From: Magallana gigas
Taxonomy: Eukaryota
Length of the DNA: 64,000 nt
NCBI RefSeq assembly: GCF_963853765.1
Contig: NC_088860.1
Coordinates: 48,298,001-48,362,000 of the forward strand
Reading direction: 5' to 3'
Shown: piece after piece, positions 62,798 to 64,000 of the stretch
Numbering within the stretch: the stretch's first letter is position 1
How the letters are laid out: the number at the start of each line of letters is the position of its first letter
Made by a program: the position numbers and the translations under genes
The notes under the pieces: model-generated
Seen by the model: the letters and a program-made list of their open reading frames with translations, nothing else
Database searches by the model: none
Told to the model about the DNA's origin: nothing

Positions 62798-64000
62798 CAA
62801 CCTGTCCCCTAGGGCCCGAGATGGCCCAACCCTGCTACAAGCTTCTAGTGGCCCGGTAACCACGGAGGACACCGCAAGGGATGCATAACCCGTAGTCCTG
62901 ACAACCCAATATCCAGAGAGAGGCTGCCAGTCAGATGAGATATGGAGTCTGTTGGTGGAAGCTGAGACAAGCATTGGGACTCAGTGCTCGGTGTGATGGA
63001 GGTCTGAACTTTGGGTTCGGATAGTGTTGTGGATTATTTCCGTAAAATATGTAGATATACTCATCTGATGATACCGGTACACAAAGATTGTTAATGTGTA
63101 ATATATGTCATGACATTTTAAAGTGACACTAAAAAAAACATTTGGAAAAAAAAACCCATGTACATTTCCAGGTCATTATTTGCCATTCCTAATGTTTTGA
63201 TGTAATTAGATGCTTGGTATTCTGATCTCCAGACAGGAGAATCTGTGTAGAGCATAAATATATAAAAGGATCAGCTTTTGTTTGGTTATTGTATGATCAC
63301 AAAAATTCCTTTCTCATTAGATTTTATTGAAAAAAATGTTTTAAAAACATCAATGTCATTGAGGGCATGTTGTATTTTCTGGCATGCCAGACGGATTGGA
63401 TCTGGCCACCTCAGACTTCTTTGTGCTCAGTTGGTGCTTTTAGAAAATGATTAGGTTTTATTGGGCATAAACAAGAGAATGTCTCGGCCAGCACTATAGG
63501 GGAGAATTCTTCACCATAAAAAATCCATCTGATTCATTTTATTGAAATGTGCAAATGGGATTTTATATCAATGTTTAGGAATTATTGGAGATTTCGTACA
63601 TATGTCGCCAAATATGTAAATACATGTATTTAAAAGAAGTCTCTATATTCTTTGTGGAAAAGATACTATTTTTTAATAGAACTGACCTTGGTAAAGATTT
63701 GTTCACAATACGTCTATTTGTTTACTAGCCATTTCCACGTGTTTTACACTTTTCTATTCCTCTCTCCATTGATATCATACAAATGATCTTTCTATATCAT
63801 TTGTAATTATTGTCTTCTAGAAGTATTATTTTTAAATTAGTGGAGCAACCAAAAATAAACAAAATGAATTGAGAAATGTGGAGTGACGAGGGCTGAGCTA
63901 TTGGGTCATGGCTTTTTATGATTGATTTTATAAATCATTGTTAATGTTCCCTTCTGTTTTTATTGATGATATCATTTGTAAATCAGTGTTCCTAAATTGA

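Overview
AT-rich, intron-containing animal DNA, most likely an oyster (Crassostrea/Magallana-like), inferred from Helentron/HINE-type repeats and a bivalve-style B-box/NHL TRIM gene. No prokaryotic features. Two intact genes lie head-to-head. (1) A 4-exon TMEM254 orthologue on the minus strand (24033->22059, 116 aa), which the ORF track misses. (2) A TSC22-domain/bunched gene on the plus strand (27837->62797; long isoform 565 aa). Its 32-kb first intron holds several candidate alternative first coding exons that end in splice phase 2 and so fit the shared TSC-box exon, plus candidate micro-exons and AG|GT recursive-splice-like sites. The first 21 kb is a transposon graveyard: a disrupted TRIM (B-box/coiled-coil/NHL) pseudogene, HINEs, TA- and TTAA-flanked MITEs, foldback elements and a LINE endonuclease remnant. 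The most unusual signal is a set of non-autonomous elements built as [140-180 bp palindrome][short IR]...[short IR]. One family carries a GTAACA-N8-TGTTAC core resembling a tyrosine-recombinase site (possibly Crypton-type), and one copy is inserted into that core of another copy. All annotation was done by eye, with no database searches; family names for repeats are inferences.
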